Assembly (NCBI GenBank): GCA_043767805.1
Contig: JAYUGC010000184.1
Location: 1 to 48,315 of the forward strand
Reading direction: 5' to 3'
From: Pseudomonadota bacterium
GTDB taxonomy: Bacteria; Bdellovibrionota; FAC87; UBA2466
DNA: 48,315 bases
Positions within the stretch are counted from its first letter, which is position 1; each line of letters opens with the position of its first letter. The translations under genes were made by a program, and so were the position numbers. The notes under the pieces were generated by a model. It did not search any database. It saw only the letters and a program-made list of their open reading frames with translations, and was not told the origin of the DNA. Positions 1 to 8,877 of the stretch are shown one piece after another.

Positions 1-339
1 CATGCAAAGCACGCCCATGCCGAGCTCTCCCCACTTGCGCGCGAGCTCGACTTGGCCGTCGTTGCCTTCGCCGTAGCGCACCTGCTTTGGAATGACGACC
101 GCGCGCTTTTTCATCCGGTACAGCATGCCAAGCATGCCGGTGCCCGCGTGGGTAATGACTAACTCCGCTTCGCGCATGTAGCGCTCGAGCTCCTGCGGCT
201 CGCCCGTGCGGAAATGAGAGAACTGGGGCACGACGGTGCTACTCCCAATTTGTCCTTTGAAGTCGAACTTATCGCGGATCTTGTCGCATTCCGCGATGAG
301 CGGATCGAAATGGCCCGTGGAAACGACGATGAAAATCAT
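1..339 (-). CDS. PssE/Cps14G (Alg13-like, GT28 C-terminal) glycosyltransferase subunit; 3' end runs off window
   Basis: Not in the ORF track; translated by hand from ATG at 339: MIFIVVSTGHFDPLI...GQIG...AELVITHAGTG...VVIPKQVRYGEGNDGQVELA. The ITHAGTG and PxxxxYGExxDxQ motifs are typical. ATGA overlap with the stop of the upstream gene. Confidence 0.85.
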   Translation of the reverse strand, partial: MIFIVVSTGHFDPLIAECDKIRDKFDFKGQIGSSTVVPQFSHFRTGEPQELERYMREAELVITHAGTGMLGMLYRMKKRAVVIPKQVRYGEGNDGQVELARKWGELGMGVLCM

Positions 340-815
340 AGGACCCACCCCGCGTACTTGGCTTTCGGGCCATAAAAGGAAAGAAGATCCTGCCACTGCA
401 CAAAAAAGTCCTGGCAAATGGGATAGAGCAGCCGGCCCGTGAGGCTCGGCGAGTAAACTTGGTTCATGCACTCGACGTGCACGATACGGGCACCCAGGAG
501 CCGCGCCCAGTAGCAGAAGAAAACCACGTCCGTCGCGCCGAGCGATACGACCACCTTCGGCCGGAGGAGGAGCGCGTACCAGAGAGCCACGCCGACATGC
601 CAAATCACTTTGAACGGATTTACGACTCGACGCTTCCCAATCCAGCTGAAGAGATAGGGAATCACCAGAACCTGTGCTTCACGCCGCAGCGGGGCAACTT
701 CCGGCCCTGAGGTCATTACGTACGCTTCAGGCCCCACGCCCATCTGCGCGAGCAGCATGCGCGCGTTAGCCAAGTGCCCGCCCCTATCCGTCACCACCAC
801 AAAGCCAAAGTGCAT
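336..815 (-). CDS. PssD/Cps14F (Alg14-like) glycosyltransferase enhancer subunit
   Basis: GGHL N-terminal motif, RPKVVVSLGA, IVHVE, SLTGRLLYP, FFVQW, YAG; translationally coupled to the PssE-like gene. Confidence 0.88.
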   Translation of the reverse strand: MHFGFVVVTDRGGHLANARMLLAQMGVGPEAYVMTSGPEVAPLRREAQVLVIPYLFSWIGKRRVVNPFKVIWHVGVALWYALLLRPKVVVSLGATDVVFFCYWARLLGARIVHVECMNQVYSPSLTGRLLYPICQDFFVQWQDLLSFYGPKAKYAGWVL

Positions 816-923
816 CTCCCAATTTTACACCAAGGTCCCGCAAAGAGCCCAACCCATCGAAAAGGCTACTCAAGTCACGCTCCCCCGATTCCGAAGAGAG
901 GGGTAGAGAACCCCTTAAATCAG

Positions 924-1943
924 ATGACCAAGCCTCAAAGAAATTCAGCGGCCGCGGGAGCGCCGACTCACCGGCAAAGAGCGGAAATCATGCGTGGGCG
1001 CGTGGCTCTCCTCGTTCCGACCTACAACTCAGCGCCGACCATCGCGGAGACTTTGGAAAGCCTGATGGCTCAAGGAGAGATTCTGGATCTCTTCAAGTGC
1101 CTGGTAATCGCCGACGACGGCTCGAAGGATGACACCATCGCCATCGTCAAGCGCACCTGGAAGAGCAAGCTTCCCCTCGAAATCAAAGTCGCTCCTCAGA
1201 ACCGGGGCGAAGCGACCAACGTCACCGATGCCGCGCTCAACCTGCCCGCGGGAGTCGAGTGGTTCTTTCTCATGCACTCCGACAACCTCGCCAAAGAAGG
1301 CTGGCTGCTCAACATCCTGAGCGAGCTGTCGCAAGTCGGCGAAAAAGTTTGTTCCGTCTCGTCGAGCTGGGACGTTTGGATTCCGAACGTGAGCCTCGTC
1401 CCCGGCGAAAACAAGCCCGAGGCCCCCGCCAATCGCATCCTCGGCAACCGCGCCACCGTGCGGGACACTCTCTTTCAGGGGTGCTGGTGGCATCACTCGA
1501 CGGCCGCGATTCGCATTAATGCTTTACGTAACGTCGGCGGATACCGCAAAGGCTTTCGTCAGAACACGGATTGGGATCTCTTGATTCGTCTCATGACGGC
1601 GGGCTGGGAAATCAACTACCTGCCCCAGTCGCTCATGAAGTACCGCGAGTTCGAGGGCGGCGTGTCTCATGGCAACATGCTTAGACACCGCGACGTCTGG
1701 GAGAGCTTACAAATCGTGCAGCACCATCAGTGGGCGCTGACCACGATGGAAATCGTGAAGTACCACGGCGTGCGTATAGCGACGCTTCTGCGCCGTATGG
1801 GATCTTCGCTCGTCAAAGGTCAGATGAAACGCTTCGGCTTGGCCCTGGGACTTCTTGCGAAGATCCCCTTCTATCTCGCCAAGTGCCTCGCCAAACGCGC
1901 CCGCGGTTTGGACCGCACGGCTCCCGCGCCTCTCAAATATTAG
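924..1943 (+). CDS. Family 2 glycosyltransferase (GT-A)
   Basis: VPTYN, IADDGSKD, HSD (DxD-like), GGY...DWDLLIRL; start at ATG 924 or 990 rather than 774. Confidence 0.88.
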   Translation: MTKPQRNSAAAGAPTHRQRAEIMRGRVALLVPTYNSAPTIAETLESLMAQGEILDLFKCLVIADDGSKDDTIAIVKRTWKSKLPLEIKVAPQNRGEATNVTDAALNLPAGVEWFFLMHSDNLAKEGWLLNILSELSQVGEKVCSVSSSWDVWIPNVSLVPGENKPEAPANRILGNRATVRDTLFQGCWWHHSTAAIRINALRNVGGYRKGFRQNTDWDLLIRLMTAGWEINYLPQSLMKYREFEGGVSHGNMLRHRDVWESLQIVQHHQWALTTMEIVKYHGVRIATLLRRMGSSLVKGQMKRFGLALGLLAKIPFYLAKCLAKRARGLDRTAPAPLKY

Positions 1944-2401
1944 AGAGCGCGCTCGAAGTTGATGTTCGGATCCACGGTGAAACCGTGGGTGGTGAAGAAC
2001 GCCTGAGCGGCCAAGTTGTGCCGCTCCACTTGCGCCCAGAGCGCCTTCGCGCCGTCCGCACGCGCGATCTCCAGTATCAAAGTCATGATGTTGTGGCCGA
2101 TGCCGCCCCGGCGCATCTTCTCTTCCACGTAAAGCTCGTCGATAAAGAAGGTGAGCCCACCCTTTTCGACGCTGTGGTATTTCGTAAGAATGACGTAACC
2201 CACGCGCTCCGTGCCGCGCTTGATGAAGTAAGGCGTCGCGAGATGATCGTTTCTAAGCAGGCTTTTCACGCCCGCTTCGATGTTGATCATGGAATCGTAA
2301 TCATCTTCGTGGGCGTAGAGGGCGGCGACGTACTCTTTGAGGGTTTCGATTTCGGTAGCGCCGACTCTGTGCAACTTCAGATCCTGATCCACTTCTCTCA
2401 T
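1940..2401 (-). CDS. GNAT-family N-acetyltransferase
   Basis: IDELYV..MRRGGIG acetyl-CoA motif A, N..AQAFF...GF motif B. Confidence 0.88.
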   Translation of the reverse strand: MREVDQDLKLHRVGATEIETLKEYVAALYAHEDDYDSMINIEAGVKSLLRNDHLATPYFIKRGTERVGYVILTKYHSVEKGGLTFFIDELYVEEKMRRGGIGHNIMTLILEIARADGAKALWAQVERHNLAAQAFFTTHGFTVDPNINFERAL

Positions 2402-2407
2402 CTCCCT

Positions 2408-4816
2408 CTAAAACAGATGGCGCAAGCACTCGTCCATGGAGCTGACTTTGAGCAACCGCAAACTCTTGCGCAGTTCGGGCTCAAGCTCCTTCAAATCTCT
2501 TTCGTTCTCGGTCGGAATGATGACCGTATGAAAGCCCATCCGCTTGGCGGCGAGCAGCTTCTCTTTGATGCCGCCGACGGGAAGCACGCGGCCCGAGAGC
2601 GTGAGCTCTCCGGTCATCGCGAGACCGGGCTTCAAAGGCTTCTTGGAAAGCATCGAGTAAAGACTCGCGGCCATGGTGATGCCGGCCGACGGCCCGTCCT
2701 TGGGAGTCGCGCCCGCGGGCACATGCAGATGCAAAATATTTTTATCGAAGAAACCCTTCGCGAGCTTCAGATCCAAAGTGTGGTTTCTCACGAAGGTGTA
2801 CGCGATGCTCGCGGACTCCTGCATGACTTCCCCGAGCTGGCCGGTAAGGGTGAAGCCGCCCTTACCTTCCACGGAAACGCTCTCGACGCTCAAGACCTCG
2901 CCGCCGAAGCTCGTCCACGCAAGGCCCGTGGCCACGCCAGGCACCCGGGCGAGCGCCTTCTCCGGAATGAACGGAGGCATGCCCAAAAACTTCTCGATGA
3001 TGGCGGGTGTATCGACGAGCACGGACTTCGCGCGGCCGCGCACGACTTTGTAGGCGACTTTGCGGCAAATGCGCGCCACGGCTTTTTCCAAATTACGAAC
3101 GCCGGCTTCGCGGGCATAGTGGGAGATGAGGTGCCTCATCGCCTTATCGGTAAACTTCAAGGTGCCCTTGGGCAGCGCGTGCTTCTCGAGCTGCTTTGGG
3201 ATCAAATGCTTTTTGGCGATTTGGAGCTTCTCTTCGTCCGTATAGCCATGGAGCTGGATGATCTCCATGCGATCGAGAAGCGGCGGCGGAATCGTGTCGA
3301 GCGTATTGGCGGTCGTCAGAAAAAGCACTTCGGAGCAGTCGAACGGAATGTCGACGTAATGATCGTGGAACTCGGCGTTCTGCTCGGGATCCAAAAGCTC
3401 GAGCAAAGCCGACGCCGGATCGCCCCCCGCGGACCAACCGGTTCCGATTTTATCCACCTCATCGATGAGAAAAACCGGGTTCTGAGCGCCGACGCGCTTT
3501 AAGCCTTGAATGAGCTTGCCAGGCATCGCGCCGACGTAAGTGCGGCGGTGACCTTTGACCTCGGCTTCATCGCGCATCCCGCCGACCGAAAAGCGGAAGA
3601 ACTTGCGATCGAGAGCGCGAGCAATGGATTTGCCAAGCGAGGTCTTTCCCGTTCCGGGCGCGCCGACGAAGCAAAGGATCGAGCCTTCCGAACTTTTCTT
3701 TAGCTTACGGACGGCGAGAAATTCCAAAATGCGTTGCTTAACGTCTTTGAGGCCGTAGTGATCCTCGTCGAGAATGCGGGCCGCGCGATCGAGATCGACT
3801 CGCTCCGTGGTGCGGATGCCCCAGGGCAAAGACGTCGTCCAATCGAGGTAATTCAGGCACACGGCGAACTCGCTCGAGTGCTCGTGCAAAACGTTCAACC
3901 GCGCCATCTCTTCTTCAAGACGAATCTTCGCTTCGTCGGGAAGCGTGCGGGTCTTCAAACGCTCTTGGAACTTATCCATGAGCCGCGTGCGCGTATCTTG
4001 ATAGCCGCCGAGCTCTTTCTGAATCACCTTGAGCTGCTCACCCAAGTAGAACTCACGCTGGGCGGATGAGATCTTGGTGTTGATGTCTTCCTGAATCTTT
4101 TTCTGGACGCCTTGGACGTCCATCTCTTTTCTGAGCAGGAGCAGCAGATGGTGCAGCCGGCTCTTCACGTCAAAGAGCGAGAGCATCGTCTGATAATCGG
4201 AAAGGTCCCGCACGAGGACGGAGGCCATGACGTCGGCCAATTTGCCGGGCCCATCGATATTGACGAGAGCGACCTTCACCTCTTCGCTGATGAGAGGGTT
4301 GTCTTTCGCGACCGTCTTGAATTGGGAAAGCGCGCTTCTGAGCAGCGCCTCTAGCTCGGTGTCCCGCTTGAACTCCTCATAAAGGTATTTCACCGCGGCG
4401 ACGAAGTAAGGCTCCCGCTTCTCGAGGCCTTCAATCTCGAACCGGTGCATGCCGGCGAGCAAGACGCTCACCTGGTTGTCCGGGAGATTGATCTTTTTCA
4501 AAATCTTGGCGGCGACGCCGTACTGGGAGAACTCATGGGCCGGGACACGGCCGTTCTTCTTTTCGTTTTGAGGGTGCGTGAAGACGACGCCCACGTAGCT
4601 ACCGCGCTCGAGCACGTACTCGGCGGTTTTCGCAAGCTTACCTTCGGGCAAAATGAGAGGGACTACCATCCCCGGAAACAGGGTAGTGTGGGCGACGGGA
4701 ATTAATAATAGATGGCTTGGCGGCGCATCGGCCGCCGCAATGATATCCGCACTGGAGGTAGATTCCCCGGCTTGGGTACCTACTTCCGGTCTTTTGGCGG
4801 CGGAGTCCTCGAACAT
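2408..4816 (-). CDS. lon: ATP-dependent protease La (Lon)
   Basis: LON N-domain (LFPGMVVPL), Walker [20 protein letters not shown], Walker B LIDEVDK, catalytic PKDGPSAG and MTGE...GGIKEK. Confidence 0.98.
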   Translation of the reverse strand: MFEDSAAKRPEVGTQAGESTSSADIIAAADAPPSHLLLIPVAHTTLFPGMVVPLILPEGKLAKTAEYVLERGSYVGVVFTHPQNEKKNGRVPAHEFSQYGVAAKILKKINLPDNQVSVLLAGMHRFEIEGLEKREPYFVAAVKYLYEEFKRDTELEALLRSALSQFKTVAKDNPLISEEVKVALVNIDGPGKLADVMASVLVRDLSDYQTMLSLFDVKSRLHHLLLLLRKEMDVQGVQKKIQEDINTKISSAQREFYLGEQLKVIQKELGGYQDTRTRLMDKFQERLKTRTLPDEAKIRLEEEMARLNVLHEHSSEFAVCLNYLDWTTSLPWGIRTTERVDLDRAARILDEDHYGLKDVKQRILEFLAVRKLKKSSEGSILCFVGAPGTGKTSLGKSIARALDRKFFRFSVGGMRDEAEVKGHRRTYVGAMPGKLIQGLKRVGAQNPVFLIDEVDKIGTGWSAGGDPASALLELLDPEQNAEFHDHYVDIPFDCSEVLFLTTANTLDTIPPPLLDRMEIIQLHGYTDEEKLQIAKKHLIPKQLEKHALPKGTLKFTDKAMRHLISHYAREAGVRNLEKAVARICRKVAYKVVRGRAKSVLVDTPAIIEKFLGMPPFIPEKALARVPGVATGLAWTSFGGEVLSVESVSVEGKGGFTLTGQLGEVMQESASIAYTFVRNHTLDLKLAKGFFDKNILHLHVPAGATPKDGPSAGITMAASLYSMLSKKPLKPGLAMTGELTLSGRVLPVGGIKEKLLAAKRMGFHTVIIPTENERDLKELEPELRKSLRLLKVSSMDECLRHLF

Positions 4817-4822
4817 AGCCCC

Positions 4823-4850
4823 ATAGTAGGGGCGATTCCACCGGAGTCAA
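4823..4850 (-). promoter_or_regulatory. Sigma70-like promoter for lon (probably leaderless)
   Basis: Minus strand TTGACT-16 nt-TACTAT, ending 6 nt before the lon ATG. Confidence 0.55.
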
Positions 4851-4882
4851 CCAACCTGGACCCGGGGGAGCGAGAAAACCGC

Positions 4883-5116
4883 TTACTTGGAAGAGCGTCC
4901 CAAGTTGCCGTTACTTTTTGAGTTTCCCTGACCGAGCAAACAGGCGTTCACGATCTCATTGAGCTTCGCCGCCACGTCCACCTTGGGGGCCTGAGATTGA
5001 TTCACGGCTTTGCGGGGACCTTTGACGTCCCCAGCGTGCGTGCCTACGGGCGTCGAGTTTTCCGCTAACCCCAAGGAAGAAACCGCCACCATCGCTACAA
5101 AAATCCATTGTTTCAT
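4883..5116 (-). CDS. Small secreted hypothetical protein
   Basis: Signal peptide MKQWIFVAMVAVSSLGLA; AGGAG RBS upstream. Confidence 0.7.
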   Translation of the reverse strand: MKQWIFVAMVAVSSLGLAENSTPVGTHAGDVKGPRKAVNQSQAPKVDVAAKLNEIVNACLLGQGNSKSNGNLGRSSK

Positions 5117-5191
5117 CGACCGACTCCTACTTCAGCTGCTTTAACGAACCACCACAACACAAGCGCCACAGCGCTACTCGGCCACCTGTAC

Positions 5192-5207
5192 TGCAAGGGG
5201 TGTTCCA
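5192..5207 (-). promoter_or_regulatory. Sigma54 (-24/-12) promoter candidate for the 4883-5116 gene
   Basis: TGGAACACCCCTTGCA = GG-N10-GC, close to the TGGCAC-N5-TTGCW consensus. Confidence 0.55.
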
Positions 5208-5360
5208 GCGAGCTCTCCCCCGAACTCCGCACGAAATTGGGAGGCGTCCTCATCCGGTATGCGACTTCTTAGTACACACTTTTGCTAAAACGCTGAAATC
5301 ATAGGATGAAAGCCTGTCTTCCGCTGGAACACCACGGTGACAACTCGCGCCTCACTCCCA

Positions 5361-5390
5361 TTGACACTCTCGAATCGGGACCGATATGGT
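5361..5390 (+). promoter_or_regulatory. Sigma70-like promoter of the peroxiredoxin gene
   Basis: TTGACA-18 nt-TATGGT, followed by an AAGGAG RBS. Confidence 0.5.
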
Positions 5391-5425
5391 ACCGAGGATT
5401 TTTACCTCAATGAAGGAGACTCACC

Positions 5426-6010
5426 ATGGAACCCTTAGTTCAGAAACCCGCCCCTAATTTCAAAGCCCAAGCCCTTGTCGGACACGAGTTCAAAGAAGTG
5501 TCCCTCGCGAATTACCGCGGCCAATGGGTTTGCTTGTATTTTTACCCGCTCGATTTCACGTTCGTTTGCCCCACGGAAATCACGGCCTTCCAAGACACGC
5601 ACAAGAATTTCAAGGAAGCCGGATGTGAAATCATCGGTTGCTCGGTCGACAGCCAGTACTCTCACTTGGCGTGGTCGCAGAAGACCCGCAAAGAAGGCGG
5701 CATCGGCAAGCTCGATTATCCGATCTTGGCCGACATCAAGAAGACCATCGCGCGCGACTACGGCGTCTTGATTGAAGAGAAGGGCATCGCGCTCCGCGGC
5801 CTCTTCCTCATCGATCCGGACGGCAACGTGGCCTATCAAGTGGTGCACGACCTCGGCATCGGCCGCAATCCTCAGGAAGTTTTGCGCGTGCTTCAAGCGC
5901 TCCAGGAAAACAAGAAAACGGGCGATGTTTGCCCGGCTAACTGGACGCCTGGCAAAAAGACCATGAAGGCGGATCCGACGCGGTCGAAAGACTATTTCGA
6001 GAATCCTTAG
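5426..6010 (+). CDS. ahpC: 2-Cys peroxiredoxin (AhpC/Prx1)
   Basis: FYPLDFTFVCPTE peroxidatic motif, GGIG, resolving VCPANW. Confidence 0.95.
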   Translation: MEPLVQKPAPNFKAQALVGHEFKEVSLANYRGQWVCLYFYPLDFTFVCPTEITAFQDTHKNFKEAGCEIIGCSVDSQYSHLAWSQKTRKEGGIGKLDYPILADIKKTIARDYGVLIEEKGIALRGLFLIDPDGNVAYQVVHDLGIGRNPQEVLRVLQALQENKKTGDVCPANWTPGKKTMKADPTRSKDYFENP

Positions 6011-6029
6011 GTTCGTTAATGGGTTATTC

Positions 6030-6060
6030 GCCGAGGGGGAAATTCCCCCTCGGCATTTTT
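6030..6060 (+). terminator. Rho-independent terminator
   Basis: GCCGAGGGGGA-AAT-TCCCCCTCGGC hairpin followed by ATTTTT. Confidence 0.8.
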
Positions 6061-6073
6061 AGGGGGTTGGGTC

Positions 6074-6544
6074 ATGGGGAATGTTAAATTCGGATGGATG
6101 GCTGTGGTTTTTCTGGGCATCGCCCTACCCGCATTGGCCGTCCCTCAGTACGAAATCACCTCGTGCGAAACGGACGACTTCGACCTGAAGTTCGTCAATC
6201 TCACCGCGAACGAGCCCGCCATTCAGAAAGCCTTCGACAAGATGGCGCAGCTCTCAGGCAGCTCACGCATGAACACCTGCCAATTCATGGTGCCCATCGA
6301 AAATGGCGTCACCATCAAGAACGCCCCTCGGCGCTTCCAATTCGACAAGACCTGGCATGTGATTCAGACCGTGGCCGGACTTCAGAAGGAAGTCTTTCAG
6401 CACCACGGCATCACGGTGGATTATGTTATCCGGGAACGGCAGCTTTCGAGTGGCGACGTGGCCGTGAGCCGCGACGTCGTTTCGTTCAGCGTGTGCCGCA
6501 CGCCCGCTTCGTGCGGACGCCTCGGCTTTCAAATCGAAAAGTAG
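6074..6544 (+). CDS. Secreted hypothetical protein
   Basis: Signal peptide ending ALA-V; four Cys; host-like codon usage. Confidence 0.75.
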   Translation: MGNVKFGWMAVVFLGIALPALAVPQYEITSCETDDFDLKFVNLTANEPAIQKAFDKMAQLSGSSRMNTCQFMVPIENGVTIKNAPRRFQFDKTWHVIQTVAGLQKEVFQHHGITVDYVIRERQLSSGDVAVSRDVVSFSVCRTPASCGRLGFQIEK

Positions 6545-6561
6545 CCGCCCTACCCTAGAAA

Positions 6562-7644
6562 CTACCGCTTCTTCCAACCCGGTCCGCCCTTTTCGAGGTT
6601 GCGAACGTACTCCATGAAGTTCTCACGGTTGGACATGGTGTTTTGATAATTACTCTGGGACATGCGGCCGCCGCGTCCACCGCGGTTGTTCTGCTGCTGT
6701 TGGCCCTGGCCCTGATTCTGGCCCGGCCCTTGTCCCTGACCCTGCTCGCGGTTATCCCGGTTGCGATCGCGGCCACCGCTCTGATGGTGGCGGGGCATTC
6801 CGCCCTGAGGCTGCGAAGGCTGCGCTTGATTCGACTGGCGGGGCGCGCCCAGCTGCTCGTACCGGCGCTCGACCGCGCCGAGAAGCAAATTATTGGCGAG
6901 CTCCGAGAGCTCGGTCCGTTCCTGACGGGAAAGCACATCGAGCTTTCTGAACAAAGCTTGCGTCGGACGAAGGGTGAGCGTGTCCGGATATTTCTTGCTG
7001 CCTAAAGGCTCAGGAATCGGCTGGCCGGACTCACGAAGCGAGAGGAGCTTGTCCTCCACTTTCACTTCGAGCTCGCGAATGACGGTCTCGCGGTTCGGTC
7101 CGGTCACAAACACGTCGGCAAATTCCAAAACGGTGGCGGTGTGCTGTTTCGACACGCGATCGAACGTCACCTGGATACTGAACTCAGTGCCTTCGACAGG
7201 TTTCGGCTGCTGAGAGGGTAAGCGGCTCGGTTGATTGGGCGTCGCGCGGTTGCCGCGCATGTCGCGATCGAGCTCGCGGGCATCGCGGTTCGCATCGTTG
7301 TTCGCGTTGAGATTCTGATCCGGGCTCGCGTTGTTGCGGCTGGGATCCAAAGTTTTATTGGCGCCCGTAAGACGCTCGGAAAGATCGCCGCTCTTGGGAA
7401 CATTGCCTTGCTGGGGAGCGCGGTTCGCGGGGACGGCGCTATCAGCCCGCGGAGCAGCCGCATTCGGCACGGGCGAGGTCTCGGCTTCAGCCGTGACCGC
7501 TGTCGCCTCTTTGGTCGTCTCTAAAGGAGCCGCACCCGTCTCTTCGGCCTCCTTTTTCGGCACTCGGGTCGCCGTCGGGCGCTTCTTACGCGCGGTTTTC
7601 GAGGCAACGCCAGGGCGCCGGTCATCGGATTGATCATCACTCAT
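6562..7644 (-). CDS. HicB-like (partial RNase H fold + ribbon-helix-helix) protein with long disordered N- and C-terminal tails
   Basis: Core FSIQVTFD...ATVLEFADVFVTGPNRETVIREL...LRESGQPIPEP...YPDTLTLRPTQALFRKLDVLSRQERTELSELAN matches the HicB pattern; AGGAG RBS. Confidence 0.75.
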   Translation of the reverse strand: MSDDQSDDRRPGVASKTARKKRPTATRVPKKEAEETGAAPLETTKEATAVTAEAETSPVPNAAAPRADSAVPANRAPQQGNVPKSGDLSERLTGANKTLDPSRNNASPDQNLNANNDANRDARELDRDMRGNRATPNQPSRLPSQQPKPVEGTEFSIQVTFDRVSKQHTATVLEFADVFVTGPNRETVIRELEVKVEDKLLSLRESGQPIPEPLGSKKYPDTLTLRPTQALFRKLDVLSRQERTELSELANNLLLGAVERRYEQLGAPRQSNQAQPSQPQGGMPRHHQSGGRDRNRDNREQGQGQGPGQNQGQGQQQQNNRGGRGGRMSQSNYQNTMSNRENFMEYVRNLEKGGPGWKKR

Positions 7645-7838
7645 TTTAGAAAACTCCTAGCCGCCGAATCGGTTTTCTGAGCGGCCTTCTTTTGTACTTA
7701 GGGTGGAGGAGGATCCTTTCGGACGGCCTCGTTGAGACGCTACTTAAGTAATCCAAAAGTGAGCGTTAGGAAAGCGTAGAACGATTCGTGTCATACGGCA
7801 ACGAAGCTTCTAACCGGACCTAAAAGGTCCGCCTTCCA

Positions 7839-7867
7839 TTGACTTTCGCCGCAGGGCCTCCCATACT
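7839..7867 (+). promoter_or_regulatory. Sigma70 promoter of the rrf2-iscA operon
   Basis: TTGACT-17 nt-CATACT. Confidence 0.6.
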
Positions 7868-7875
7868 GCCCCTGT

Positions 7876-7896
7876 ATAGGACTAAATTGGTTCTAT
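7876..7896. promoter_or_regulatory. Putative Rrf2-family operator
   Basis: Imperfect 10-1-10 palindrome ATAGGACTAA-A-TTGGTTCTAT just downstream of the -10; resembles IscR type-1 sites (GACT-WWW core). Confidence 0.5.
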
Positions 7897-7914
7897 TAGC
7901 GGGTTGGCGTCCAA

Positions 7915-8286
7915 ATGCTCAAAATTAATAAGAAATTGCAGTATGGCCTGGAGGCTCTGCTCTTTCTTTCGGCCTGCGGCACCAAAGCAGTCTCGACGAG
8001 GCAGATGGCGGAGAAGTGCCAGGTGCCGGAAGCCATGCTCAGCAAGATCCTGCAATCGCTCAAAGCGCGAGGCCTGGTCGAGGCCGTTCACGGAAACCGG
8101 GGCGGCTACCGGCTCTCCCGCCCTCTTTCGGAAATCGCGCTGCGCGACGTCGTCAACGCCGTGGACGAGCCGCGGGGCAAGAAAGCCGGCACTAATGCCA
8201 CCGGGCCCTTGAAACGGCTCGGCGAAAAGCTCGGAATTTTTTTGGAGACCACTTCGCTCGAATCTCTCAGAGAGATTTCAGCGTAA
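7915..8286 (+). CDS. Rrf2-family transcriptional regulator (IscR-like, no C-terminal Cys ligands)
   Basis: YGLEAL..L, wHTH LSKILQSLK..GLV...G..GGYRLSRP..EI.LRDVVNAVD. Confidence 0.92.
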   Translation: MLKINKKLQYGLEALLFLSACGTKAVSTRQMAEKCQVPEAMLSKILQSLKARGLVEAVHGNRGGYRLSRPLSEIALRDVVNAVDEPRGKKAGTNATGPLKRLGEKLGIFLETTSLESLREISA

Positions 8287-8302
8287 GGCAAAAGGAGATC
8301 TC

Positions 8303-8626
8303 ATGATTACGCTCAGCCAAGTCGCCGTCGATCAGATCAAGAAAATCCGCACCGAAGGGCACACGCCCGAGAGTTTCCTGCGCGTTTCCGTAGTGGGAGG
8401 CGGCTGCAGCGGGCTTTCCTACAAGCTCGACTTCGTGAACACGGCCAATCCCGAAGACAAAATTTACGAGCAAGACGGAGTCAAAGTCGCCGTCGATCCG
8501 AAAAGCCATCTCTTCGTCAAAGGCCTCACGCTCGATTATTCCGGTGGCCTGAACGGCACTGGGTTTTCGTTTCAGAATCCGAACGCGACGAAAAGCTGCG
8601 GCTGTGGCACTTCGTTCTCCGTCTGA
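8303..8626 (+). CDS. iscA: A-type Fe-S cluster carrier (IscA/ErpA, HesB family)
   Basis: GGGCSGLSY and NPNATKSCGCGTSF. Confidence 0.93.
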   Translation: MITLSQVAVDQIKKIRTEGHTPESFLRVSVVGGGCSGLSYKLDFVNTANPEDKIYEQDGVKVAVDPKSHLFVKGLTLDYSGGLNGTGFSFQNPNATKSCGCGTSFSV

Positions 8627-8641
8627 TCGCGTCAGAATGAC

Positions 8642-8697
8642 GAGCCCTCGCGCAAACGGCCTCTAGCTGGGCCTATCCGCGAGGGTTTTTCTTTTTT
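8642..8697 (+). terminator. Rho-independent terminator
   Basis: CCCTCGCG...CGCGAGGG stem followed by a long T tract. Confidence 0.65.
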
Positions 8698-8780
8698 GAG
8701 TCCGAGACCTTCATCAAGGCCGAGGTGGCTTCACTACAAGTGTTAAGGAAGATTCCCTAACGCCGCGGCTGTCTGAATAT

Positions 8781-8801
8781 TTATGGTAAAGTTAACCATA
8801 A
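8781..8801. promoter_or_regulatory. Palindromic operator candidate upstream of the C25 peptidase
   Basis: TTATGGT-N7-ACCATAA in an AT-rich stretch; a -10-like TACAAT lies at 8839-8844. Confidence 0.4.
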
Positions 8802-8877
8802 GTTTCGTAGCGCTCGTTTCACTCTCAGCCGCAACTCCTACAATTTAATAACGCGATCCACTTTTAGGGGGACGACT

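Noticed and set aside
870..897. FliA/sigma28-like promoter (TCAAG...TCCGAAGA) before the GT2 gene
   Set aside because: Spacing and -10 deviate from consensus; too weak to call
1730..3502. 590-aa + strand ORF (and similar long ORFs at 13716-15095, 13564-14955, 26864-28030 and 30420-32048)
   Set aside because: Antisense or alternate-frame shadows of clear genes (lon, MFS, phosphoesterase, secA), expected in GC-rich DNA; no motifs
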